Origin: a virus
Direction: 5' to 3' (one strand)
IMG/VR virus record: IMGVR_UViG_3300045988_180522
Length of the DNA stretch: 64,000 nt
Part shown: positions 1 through 8,502 of the stretch, piece by piece
Position numbering within the stretch: position 1 is the first letter of the stretch
Layout of the letters: each line of letters begins with the position of its first letter
Translations under genes and position numbers: made by a program
The notes under the pieces: generated by a model
The model's input: only the letters and a program-made list of their open reading frames with translations
Told to the model about the DNA's origin: nothing
Databases searched by the model: none

Positions 1-192
1 ATTATTCCTGACAAGTACACTCTGGCTGATGTATATGTGGCTATTAATTCCCAGTATCATGATTATGCAGTCCTGTTCAAGTCATGGTTCGGAAATAGTT
101 CCGACCATAAGATTATAGAGTCAGCTGTCAACTTCTGGTTCCGGGATGATGATTGCCCGGAATGTAAAGTGTGGGACCATTTCAAGGACTAA
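1..192 (+). CDS. 3' end (63 codons) of an upstream gene entering the window, ending ...CPECKVWDHFKD*
   Basis: Frame 1 is open from base 1 to TAA at 190..192 and is followed by a hairpin terminator. Product unknown. Confidence 0.4.
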   Translation: MIPDKYTLADVYVAINSQYHDYAVLFKSWFGNSSDHKIIESAVNFWFRDDDCPECKVWDHFKD

Positions 193-200
193 CAGGTCCG

Positions 201-226
201 GGGACAGGAAACTGTCCCTTTTTCTT
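201..226 (+). terminator. Rho-independent terminator
   Basis: Stem GGGACAG (201..207), loop GAAA, stem CTGTCCC (212..218), then CTTTTTC T-run, immediately after the stop at 192. Confidence 0.65.
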
Positions 227-304
227 TATCCATGCAGATAACACCTGTAATTATACCTTATATATCCTGCCAGTTAAGTAATTGGCAGGTAACTGATCTG
301 CCCA

Positions 305-312
305 TATATTTG
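305..312 (+). promoter_or_regulatory. Candidate Bacteroidetes-type -7 box (TAnnTTTG)
   Basis: TATATTTG lies 28 nt upstream of the ATG at 340. An identical octamer recurs at 17120..17127 ahead of the gene at 17183. Confidence 0.3.
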
Positions 313-339
313 TATATATTATATAAATAGGAGAACAAT

Positions 340-1524
340 ATGGATTTTGACATTAGTAATGTAAGTAGTATGATTGTCGATTCAGAAGATCTGTTCGGAC
401 AATCATCCTCTCCCGGACCTGACGAGACTCAGGATCCTGTCAGTGAAGAGAAGACAGGGGGCCGGGAGGAGGAAAAAAAAGAAACAGAAGAAATTAAAAC
501 ACCCGTTGAGAGTGGCCCTGTAGAATCATCAGAACTATTCGGCGACCCGGAGGAAGTAGATGGGGAACAAGATAAACAGGAGAAGGAAAATACCAATTCT
601 GGTGATCCAGCAGGTAGTTCTCCGACGGTTTATTCTTCCATAGCCTCCGGGTTACAAGAAGAAGGTATTTTCCTGGATCTTGAAAATGAAAAACCAGAAA
701 ATATAAAGTCTGTAGAAGATTTTGCCAGGTACTTTGAAAAGCAGATTGAAGCCAGACTCAGTGATGAACAAAAAAGGATACAGAATGCCCTGAATGCAGG
801 AGTGGAACCTGAGGAGATCCAAAGGTATGAAAGCTCACTGAAGTTCCTGAATGGTATTACTGAAGAACAGATATCAAAAGAGGGGGATGACGGTGATACT
901 CTCAGAAAAAGAATCATATATCAGGACTATATCAACAATGGTGCATCACGTGAGAAGGCTATCAGGATGACAGAGATGTCATTTACCAATGGCACTGATG
1001 TTGAAGATGCTAAGGAAGCATTGAAATCTAATATCAAGTACTATCAGGGTAATTATGACTCTATCATCAAGGAACAGGAGGAGGAGAGGAAATCTGCTGA
1101 GCTGGCCTATAAGGAATCTGTTGAAGCCTTGAAAAAGACCATGTTATCCACTGAGGAACCTATCAAAGGGTTAAAGGTAGGAAATAAGGTAAGACAGAAA
1201 GCTTATGATGCTGTGACAAAGCCTGTTTACCAGGATAAGGAAACAGGTAATTATTACACGGAGGTTCAGAAGTACCAGATGGATCATCCTGAGGAATTCA
1301 GGCATAAGATCGGAATCCTTTATGCCATTACCAATGGATTCCAGTCACTTGACGGTGTTATAGACAAGAAAGTATCTGCTGAGACAAAGAAAGGTCTGAA
1401 AGAGATAGAGACAAAGTTGTCAGGGGTACAGGTAACACAGGATGGGACATTGGATCTGAGTCCTTTCTCAGGAGCTGAATCTTCATTCAGACTGGCTAAG
1501 GAAGTAGACCAAGTGTTTTATTAA
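340..1524 (+). CDS. Acidic, coiled-coil-rich protein; scaffolding-protein-like assembly factor
   Basis: 394 aa with an ATG start. The N-terminus is very acidic and low-complexity (EEKTGGREEEKKETEE...) and the central part is heptad-like. The gene sits directly upstream of the capsid candidate. Product assignment is inferred from composition and position only. Confidence 0.45.
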   Translation: MDFDISNVSSMIVDSEDLFGQSSSPGPDETQDPVSEEKTGGREEEKKETEEIKTPVESGPVESSELFGDPEEVDGEQDKQEKENTNSGDPAGSSPTVYSSIASGLQEEGIFLDLENEKPENIKSVEDFARYFEKQIEARLSDEQKRIQNALNAGVEPEEIQRYESSLKFLNGITEEQISKEGDDGDTLRKRIIYQDYINNGASREKAIRMTEMSFTNGTDVEDAKEALKSNIKYYQGNYDSIIKEQEEERKSAELAYKESVEALKKTMLSTEEPIKGLKVGNKVRQKAYDAVTKPVYQDKETGNYYTEVQKYQMDHPEEFRHKIGILYAITNGFQSLDGVIDKKVSAETKKGLKEIETKLSGVQVTQDGTLDLSPFSGAESSFRLAKEVDQVFY

Positions 1525-1536
1525 AAATAGATTAAT

Positions 1537-3033
1537 ATGGCAATGCAATTAGCAAAGTACCAGATGGTCAATGTTCAGGGCTGGAAGGGTCTGACGAAGG
1601 ATAATCATCTCGGTATGATTTACAATCTTGAGCCGCAAAGGGCTACTAATTTATGGGTTAGACTGTTAGCAAACAATTACGGTCCTACCTTGGATACTTA
1701 CCTGAGAAGGTTCCCTAAAAAGAGTTTCCAGGATGACTCTGAATATTACTGGAATATTATCGGCTCTTCAAGGAGGAATATTCCTATCATTGAAGCCCGT
1801 GATCTGGATGGTACTGTTATTACTGCTGGTATGGCAGGTGCCGGAACTGCTCCTTTCTATGTAGTATTTGCTGAGGATTGGTGGGCAGACGGGAATGTGA
1901 TCGTAGGAGAGAAAAATGAGCTTTATATGCTCCGTATCCTGGGAGAACCCCGTATGGAGGGAACCCGTGCAGTGTATAAAGTAGAGCTTATGGGAGGCAA
2001 CACCAAAGGTATGCCTGCTGAGGAGCTTGCTGCTGGCAAGAGGTTCTCTGTAGAGTATTCTCCGGTTGAAAAAGGCCTGTCCCGTAAGGTAGGTGACATC
2101 AGGTTCTCATCTCCTATCGCTATGAGGAATGAATGGTCTACCATTCGTATCCAGCATAAGGTACCGGGAAATATGCTGAATAAGAAAGTGGCTGTCGGTA
2201 TTCCCTATGAAGATCAGAATGGGAATGTCAAAGTTGCAAATATGTGGATGCACCACGTAGAATATCAGCTCGAAGTACAGTTCAGTGAAGAGAAGAACAA
2301 CCTGATTATGTTCGGTCGGTCGAACAGGAATGCCAACGGAGAGTATATGAACTTCGGCAAATCAGGTGAGGTTATCCGTATGGGTGCTGGTCTTAGGGAA
2401 CAAATGGAGGTAGGTAATACTATCTATTATACCAGATTCTCCCTGAAACTGGTTGAAAAAGCCCTGCTTGAACTGTCTGCCGGAAAATTAAAAATGAAGA
2501 ACCGGATCTTCGTATTGAAGACTGGTGAGTGGGGAGCTATCCAGTTCCACAATGCTGTAGTCAATGATGTTGAAAGGAGATGGGGAGCATTTATCATCAA
2601 TGCTGACCAGCTGGGTATGGTAAAAAGGGTTACTTCTGAACTGAATGCCAATTCATTGTCGGCCGGATACCAGTTTACTGAGTACAGGGCTCCGAACAAT
2701 GTTGTTGTAAAGGTTGAGATTGACCCCCTGTATGATGATCCGGTGAGAAACAAATTAATGCATCCGGATGGTGGTGTTGTGGAATCATACAGGTATGATA
2801 TCCTGTACATCGGTGATATGGATCAGCCGAATATTCAGTTGGCTACTATTGATGGTGACACTGAATACCGCGGATATGAATGGGGTATGAGGAATCCTTA
2901 TACAGGAGCAAAATTCAACCCGAACATGTCTTTCAGTGAAGATGCTGCTGTTATCCACAGGATGTGGACCGGAGGAGTATTCATCCTCGATGCTACCAGG
3001 ACAATGTCACTGATTCCGGACATTTTATCATAA
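1537..3033 (+). CDS. Candidate major capsid protein (size class of crAss-like HK97-fold MCPs)
   Basis: 498 aa, ATG 12 nt after the previous stop, first large ORF after the scaffold-like gene. The assignment rests on size and position; no motif check was possible. Confidence 0.4.
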   Translation: MAMQLAKYQMVNVQGWKGLTKDNHLGMIYNLEPQRATNLWVRLLANNYGPTLDTYLRRFPKKSFQDDSEYYWNIIGSSRRNIPIIEARDLDGTVITAGMAGAGTAPFYVVFAEDWWADGNVIVGEKNELYMLRILGEPRMEGTRAVYKVELMGGNTKGMPAEELAAGKRFSVEYSPVEKGLSRKVGDIRFSSPIAMRNEWSTIRIQHKVPGNMLNKKVAVGIPYEDQNGNVKVANMWMHHVEYQLEVQFSEEKNNLIMFGRSNRNANGEYMNFGKSGEVIRMGAGLREQMEVGNTIYYTRFSLKLVEKALLELSAGKLKMKNRIFVLKTGEWGAIQFHNAVVNDVERRWGAFIINADQLGMVKRVTSELNANSLSAGYQFTEYRAPNNVVVKVEIDPLYDDPVRNKLMHPDGGVVESYRYDILYIGDMDQPNIQLATIDGDTEYRGYEWGMRNPYTGAKFNPNMSFSEDAAVIHRMWTGGVFILDATRTMSLIPDILS

Positions 3034-3079
3034 CATACAGGGAGTATATCTCCCTGTTTCTTAAAAGGAGAACTTAAAT

Positions 3080-4135
3080 ATGGCAAACACAAAGAATAAA
3101 CCTACAGAAAATACAACAATGGCAGAAGAGAGTACAACTGATATGGCATCACGTATAGTAACAGATGATGATCTTCCTATAGCAATGGACATTCCTTCAA
3201 CTGATTCTGTTTCTGCACCGCAGGCTCAGAAAGGTAATGAAATCAGACCCTCCGGGCCCCGGAGGGAAGGAGGTTCAGCAAAGGAAGAACCTGTCATCTC
3301 ATGCCTTACCAATAAGAGGGTATTTGTACGCCTCATTCCTAAGGAATCAGGGATGTTTACTAATCCAAAGCATGAATATGCCGGAAATATGGCCCCTACG
3401 TCAAAAAGGGTTTTTACGGTCCCTATGGACCGGAAAGGTCAGCTGGTAAATGTCCTTACTAATTCCGAAAAAGCTTTCCTTGAAGAAGCTATGGGACTGG
3501 ATCCTAATGCATTGTCAGTCTATAAAAAGCAGGACAATTTCTGGGAAAACTATGAGGTAATCCTTCATAAGGAGGATAATATCCTTGATCTTTCAGTTCC
3601 GAGCCAGTATATTGACTACAAGGTATTGCTTGCAAATAAGGATACGATCTGTCCTTCACTGGAAGATCTGGATCAGTGTTTCAAAGCATCATATATGTAT
3701 GTCATCGTACAGGAAAATGAGGAGATCAAGAAGAGTTATACTTCTACCAACGTCAATATGAGGGCATATATGGCTCTTGGAGCTATCAGAGATGATAAGT
3801 CTAAGCTTGCATATGCTATCAGGGTAATGGACGGCCGTAAGATCTCAGGAGAGCCTAATGAGCTTCTCCCTGTGGCTGAATCTCTGATGCAGATGAATCC
3901 CAACCTGTTTCTCAGCATAGTGGAAGATCCGTATATGAATACCAAAATACTCATCTATGATGCTGTAAAAGAGAGAATTATTTCAAGATCCGGGGAGTAT
4001 TATTATCTCGCCAGTGATAATTCTCCTCTCTGTGAGGAAGGACAGGAGCCTATCCTCAGCAATGCTGCCAAGTTCCTGAATGCTCCGAGGCATCAGGAGA
4101 TCAAGTTTTCTATCGAGGCCAAATTAAACAGATAA
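3080..4135 (+). CDS. Hypothetical virion-module protein
   Basis: 351 aa with an AAGGAG RBS 8 nt upstream of the ATG. It lies within the structural block. Confidence 0.5.
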   Translation: MANTKNKPTENTTMAEESTTDMASRIVTDDDLPIAMDIPSTDSVSAPQAQKGNEIRPSGPRREGGSAKEEPVISCLTNKRVFVRLIPKESGMFTNPKHEYAGNMAPTSKRVFTVPMDRKGQLVNVLTNSEKAFLEEAMGLDPNALSVYKKQDNFWENYEVILHKEDNILDLSVPSQYIDYKVLLANKDTICPSLEDLDQCFKASYMYVIVQENEEIKKSYTSTNVNMRAYMALGAIRDDKSKLAYAIRVMDGRKISGEPNELLPVAESLMQMNPNLFLSIVEDPYMNTKILIYDAVKERIISRSGEYYYLASDNSPLCEEGQEPILSNAAKFLNAPRHQEIKFSIEAKLNR

Positions 4136-4139
4136 TGCT

Positions 4140-4838
4140 ATGAACAATACTGAATTTCTGAATGAATTCAATCTGTTATACAATAATGCTATGAGCAACC
4201 AGGCTCCTCCCCTCAATGAATATGAGATATCATTGTTTCTGACAGAGGGCCAGGAGGTGGTAGTAAAAGAGTATTATTCGGGGAAGAATGCATTCAGGGA
4301 TTCATTTGAGAGAAGTGAGGAGGTGACAAGAAGCCTCAGTTCCCTTGTAAGGACAGAAGTACTGACAGAAGAATATAATCCTGAGTATATTTCCGATATA
4401 GTAGAAACTATAGGATCTTCTTCATATCTGTACAAGATCCCGCAGGATGTATGGTATATAGTGAAAGAATCAGTAAAGTTTACTGAAGATGCTATGTGCG
4501 GATATGGTTCCTATGTGGATGTTATCCCTACCACCCATGACAAGGTGGGGAGGATAATGGAAAATCCTTTCAGGGGGATGAGTAACAGGAGGGTACTAAG
4601 GCTGAGCCTTGGAAATAATATCAATGAGCTTCTGTCCAAATATCCTGTCCATTCTTACCTGATCAGGTATCTGGTACAGCCTTCTCCTATTGTTCTGGTA
4701 AATCTTGACAGCCTGGGATGTTCTGTTGATGGTGTGTCGGAGGAAACAGAGTGTAAACTACATCCGCTGATACACAGGGTTATCCTTGAAAGGGCTGTCA
4801 GGATAGCCTCAGAAGCTTACAAATTTCAAAAACAATAA
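4140..4838 (+). CDS. Hypothetical virion-module protein
   Basis: 232 aa, ATG 4 nt after the previous stop, consistent with translational coupling. Confidence 0.5.
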   Translation: MNNTEFLNEFNLLYNNAMSNQAPPLNEYEISLFLTEGQEVVVKEYYSGKNAFRDSFERSEEVTRSLSSLVRTEVLTEEYNPEYISDIVETIGSSSYLYKIPQDVWYIVKESVKFTEDAMCGYGSYVDVIPTTHDKVGRIMENPFRGMSNRRVLRLSLGNNINELLSKYPVHSYLIRYLVQPSPIVLVNLDSLGCSVDGVSEETECKLHPLIHRVILERAVRIASEAYKFQKQ

Positions 4839-4850
4839 AGAAGTTATATT

Positions 4851-5891
4851 ATGGCAACTTTTTCTACCAACCAGAACCGTAACCTATATGTGGTGAATGC
4901 TGTAGGTGATCCTACTGCTCAGGATGCCAAGGTAGGTACTATTCAGTTCAAATCTACTCCGGAAGGGGAAATCTTCGGAGTATATCTGGGTGCAGGAGGG
5001 ATTACCCGTACTGACCTGATCAAAGTAAAGAATATCAGATGGTCTAAAGGATCTACATATGCAGATCTCCGCAGGGGATTGCAAAAATGGGAGGTATCCC
5101 TGAATGACCAGTTGAATGATGGTGATGTAATCGGGAAGCAGGAATATATCCTGAGGTTTACTCTTCGTGAATACGGGGCAATGACTCCTGAAAGCTACAT
5201 CAACAAATACGGGTATGTATATGCTACTACTGGCATGTCTACCTCCGACTTCTATAAGGCTATGCTGGCCAGTCTGAAACAGGCCTTTAAAAACAGTGAG
5301 ATCGAATATTTCACCTTTAAGCTGGACAATGATTCTACTCCTACCAAGATTATTATCCAGGAAGTAGAACAGCCGTGGGTACTGGGAACAAGGTCTTCAG
5401 ATCCTATTTATGCACAGATCGACACTGCTATTGTGACAGCAGAAGACGGAGAGTCTTCTCACTGGGGAATTGTGAAGAAGGTAGCATCTGACACCTTTGT
5501 AAATGATGGTCATAAAATGGCTGATCTGGAATACTTCTGCATGGGTGAAAGAGGTGATTTCTACCGTAACATGAGATGGCCGTATGTTATCCATACCCAA
5601 TATCTGGTAGATCCGTCAAAAGAATACAATGTAGTGGATATGCACCATTTCTTCCAGGGAGAAGGTGTGGACAATCAGGCTTCTGAAAAGGATATTACCT
5701 TTGTAGTTCCGGCAGAAGGTGATACTGCTGCTGCCAAGATCGTACTGGCAAATTCTTTAATCACTGCCATCAACACTGCTACAGGTGAAACTACTGTGAA
5801 AGCTCTTGTTGCTCCTACACAGAGAATGGCTGCAAGGTCAAAAAAGGCAGAATCTACAGTTGAGGAGGTACCTGCTAACCAGGATAAGTAA
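4851..5891 (+). CDS. Abundant structural protein candidate (alternative MCP, head-fibre or tube candidate)
   Basis: 346 aa. It is followed directly by the strongest intrinsic terminator in the window (5915..5942), which suggests high expression. Confidence 0.45.
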   Translation: MATFSTNQNRNLYVVNAVGDPTAQDAKVGTIQFKSTPEGEIFGVYLGAGGITRTDLIKVKNIRWSKGSTYADLRRGLQKWEVSLNDQLNDGDVIGKQEYILRFTLREYGAMTPESYINKYGYVYATTGMSTSDFYKAMLASLKQAFKNSEIEYFTFKLDNDSTPTKIIIQEVEQPWVLGTRSSDPIYAQIDTAIVTAEDGESSHWGIVKKVASDTFVNDGHKMADLEYFCMGERGDFYRNMRWPYVIHTQYLVDPSKEYNVVDMHHFFQGEGVDNQASEKDITFVVPAEGDTAAAKIVLANSLITAINTATGETTVKALVAPTQRMAARSKKAESTVEEVPANQDK

Positions 5892-5914
5892 CAGTCTATA
5901 ACTGGTTTAATAAA

Positions 5915-5942
5915 AGGGATACTATGAGTATCCCTTTTTTTC
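5915..5942 (+). terminator. Rho-independent terminator
   Basis: Perfect 9-bp stem AGGGATACT/AGTATCCCT with a 3-nt loop ATG, followed by a T8 run. Confidence 0.75.
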
Positions 5943-5976
5943 GTATATTTACCACAACTAAAATATTAATACTGCC

Positions 5977-6543
5977 ATGATAGATATAATAAGTGCCTAT
6001 CTGTGTAAGGACACCGGGACCCTGAGAATAAGTGTAAAGATAAAGGGTGATTCCTACTATAAAGATGTTTTTATAGACAAGATTATCATTGACAATAATA
6101 ACACTTTCTCACCTCAAGGCCCTGGCGAGAATCCGGTATATACAGCAACAGTAAAGGAGGATCTGAAATTCTACCATATAGATATTCCTGCTTCTATGAT
6201 AGCCGGGGGTATATACAGAAAAATCCTGTACATATATGCTATAGCACGTGGAGTACCAGGCTCTGACACACCATGCGGGGCAGATGATAATACTACTCTG
6301 AAAGTGGTGGCTGATTTTGAGTCCTTCTATAAGAGATTGCTGAGGTTTCTTCCGGAGATGGAGAAGAAATGTGACATTCCGATGGAATTCACAGATTCAT
6401 ATCTTAGAATGACAGGAGTGAAGCTTGCTCTTACCACATGTAATTATGCCTATGCTAATTATCTGTGGGGAATGTTCAATGTAGAAAAGAGTGATTGCGG
6501 AGATAATCTGTTAATCTCAAAACCATGCGGATGTAATGGATAA
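5977..6543 (+). CDS. Cys-containing small structural protein
   Basis: 188 aa; the C-terminus reads ...SDCGDNLLISKPCGCNG. Overlaps the next gene by 8 nt. Confidence 0.45.
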   Translation: MIDIISAYLCKDTGTLRISVKIKGDSYYKDVFIDKIIIDNNNTFSPQGPGENPVYTATVKEDLKFYHIDIPASMIAGGIYRKILYIYAIARGVPGSDTPCGADDNTTLKVVADFESFYKRLLRFLPEMEKKCDIPMEFTDSYLRMTGVKLALTTCNYAYANYLWGMFNVEKSDCGDNLLISKPCGCNG

Positions 6544-6874
6544 TCAGGTTTCAATAATAATATTGAGAGGGATACTGGCTTACTATAAAAGTCTGTCAGT
6601 GAAGGGTTCTGCTCCTTACAGTGAAGTAAGGAAGCTTATAGCTCTGTGTGCCCTTAATGAGATGTTGTGCTGGACTGATGAGTGTAACAGAAAAAGGATA
6701 TATAATATCATGATGTGTATGATAGGGAAGTCATGTTTCCTGCCATTCCCTGGAACAGGAGGGGAATGCACCGGAAGGGATATTGATCCCAGGATTACGC
6801 AGGACAGTATAGAAAGAGTAACAGAAGATGAGGATTTCTGGAGACGTATAAACACAGAATTACAAAATATTTAA
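6536..6874 (+). CDS. Cys-rich small protein
   Basis: 112 aa with 9 Cys (CALNEMLCWTDECNRK...GGECTG). Confidence 0.4.
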   Translation: MDNQVSIIILRGILAYYKSLSVKGSAPYSEVRKLIALCALNEMLCWTDECNRKRIYNIMMCMIGKSCFLPFPGTGGECTGRDIDPRITQDSIERVTEDEDFWRRINTELQNI

Positions 6875-6883
6875 TACAAGGAT

Positions 6884-7285
6884 ATGGGATGTAACTGTAA
6901 TAATTCCGGCCTGTTCAATACTGAATTTGATCACACCTTCGACAAACATAACAGCAGGTGTCAGGATACGGATATAAATGAGCTGGAAGAGCTTAAAAAG
7001 CTTATTGAGGAACTTCTGGACGGAATGCTGGATGAAGCCCTTAAGGATAAGCTAAAGGATCTGGAAAACAAGATTACCCAGATATACAACAAGCTGGATA
7101 GCCTTGAACAGAGAGATGAAGAACTCTATCAGATGATAAGAAACATCCTTGATGTTATTATCCCTGGTATCAGAAATGATATTACTAACCTGACAGAGGA
7201 CTACAATACTCTCAATTCCAAGGTTGAGAATATTTTGAACCAGATAGAAGACGGTACTATAGGGGGGGGGGGTAAAAGTTATTAA
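6884..7285 (+). CDS. Coiled-coil protein ending in GGGGKSY, encoded across a G11 homopolymer
   Basis: 133 aa. The N-terminus is MGCNCNN, the body is a long heptad coiled coil, and the C-terminus is encoded by the G run at 7262..7272. Confidence 0.45.
   Translation: MGCNCNNSGLFNTEFDHTFDKHNSRCQDTDINELEELKKLIEELLDGMLDEALKDKLKDLENKITQIYNKLDSLEQRDEELYQMIRNILDVIIPGIRNDITNLTEDYNTLNSKVENILNQIEDGTIGGGGKSY
7262..7272 (+). repeat. Homopolymeric G11 tract
   Basis: Direct reading gives a, 11 g, t at the 3' end of CDS 6884..7285. Confidence 0.9.
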
Positions 7286-7345
7286 ATCCCCTGATGAACC
7301 TGAGGAGAAATCAGAAGGTATTATATGGATTAAAACAGACACCGA

Positions 7346-8467
7346 ATGATTATAAAGTGTAAAGACATATCAGTTTCTGACGGAACCAGTTACCATTCAT
7401 TGATAGACAATAAGGTAGCTGATGGGAATTCATATGTTCCTATGCAAATGGAGAAGTTCGGTGTATGCCATGGTAATGATTACTATGTACCTTATGCATC
7501 TATCATGGATAATCCTGGAACAGTCAGGATATGGGCAGCTAATGGAGAGATAGGATTTGAAGTAAGATTCCAGTATCCTATTGCTTCCAGAATTGTCATG
7601 CAGCTTTATGATATGACTAATGATGAGGAGTATCTGTATAGTCTGGTCGCTGAAGCAGGTCAGCAAAATATAAGTACTCTGTCTAATCATTCTTCAGGCA
7701 GGAACGGGCATACCATCAGAGCTTCAATAGTAGGTATTGGGGATCCTGAGATAGTAGGTGTATTCACTGACCACATATACAGGTATTATCTGATTAATCC
7801 TGAACAGGTACTTACAGTAGATCTTATCCCTGTTATGATATACAGGGAGATCCTTTATGATGAGGGAGTGCTCCTGTTCAGGTCCACGGCTTCTGTCCTT
7901 ACTCCATTTACTATAGGTTTGTACAGTACAGATAAACCTGGAACTCTTATTGCTGAGGGGACTATGCCTGATCCTGAGGAAAGTGATCCTTCCCGGAGTA
8001 TGAGAATAAATCTGAGTCTTATTCCCAGGAACACGCAATATTACATACGATTTAATGGTCAGGACAGCAATTATTCTGATGGAGTAAACAGATACTACAT
8101 GAATGTAGAGTTGGTTACAGTCCTTGAATCTCCTGAGACTTTGCTTACGAATACAGGTAAAGTGTCATTTTCAAGATCGGAGGATCTCCTGACATATAAT
8201 ATCCGGTTTGACAGGATGATCGAGACTCTTGTCAATATAGCCATTATAGATATAACCAGTAGTGGATATAATTGGGTTGGGCAAGCAGTTATGACCAGCC
8301 CAAGTGACACCTTTGAAGATTCAATACGTCTGTCTGATGATATGAACGGACATACTATAAAAGTAATGCAGTATACCCAGGATGCAGGTGTTAAGACTCC
8401 TGTAGATTCGTATTCATATGAATCCTATACCTATGTGTTCGAAGGAAATGAATATATTGTGACATAA
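7346..8467 (+). CDS. Hypothetical virion protein
   Basis: 373 aa with an ATG start. Confidence 0.5.
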   Translation: MIIKCKDISVSDGTSYHSLIDNKVADGNSYVPMQMEKFGVCHGNDYYVPYASIMDNPGTVRIWAANGEIGFEVRFQYPIASRIVMQLYDMTNDEEYLYSLVAEAGQQNISTLSNHSSGRNGHTIRASIVGIGDPEIVGVFTDHIYRYYLINPEQVLTVDLIPVMIYREILYDEGVLLFRSTASVLTPFTIGLYSTDKPGTLIAEGTMPDPEESDPSRSMRINLSLIPRNTQYYIRFNGQDSNYSDGVNRYYMNVELVTVLESPETLLTNTGKVSFSRSEDLLTYNIRFDRMIETLVNIAIIDITSSGYNWVGQAVMTSPSDTFEDSIRLSDDMNGHTIKVMQYTQDAGVKTPVDSYSYESYTYVFEGNEYIVT

Positions 8468-8502
8468 AAATTTATCTTTGTAATAGCTTTAATTAATGAA
8501 CC

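Noticed and set aside
7262-7349. The G11 tract fusing 6884..7285 to the downstream gene 7346..8467 by frameshift
   Set aside because: The -1 frame terminates at TGA 7347..7349, overlapping the next ATG. The +1 frame hits TAA immediately. No fusion product is possible.
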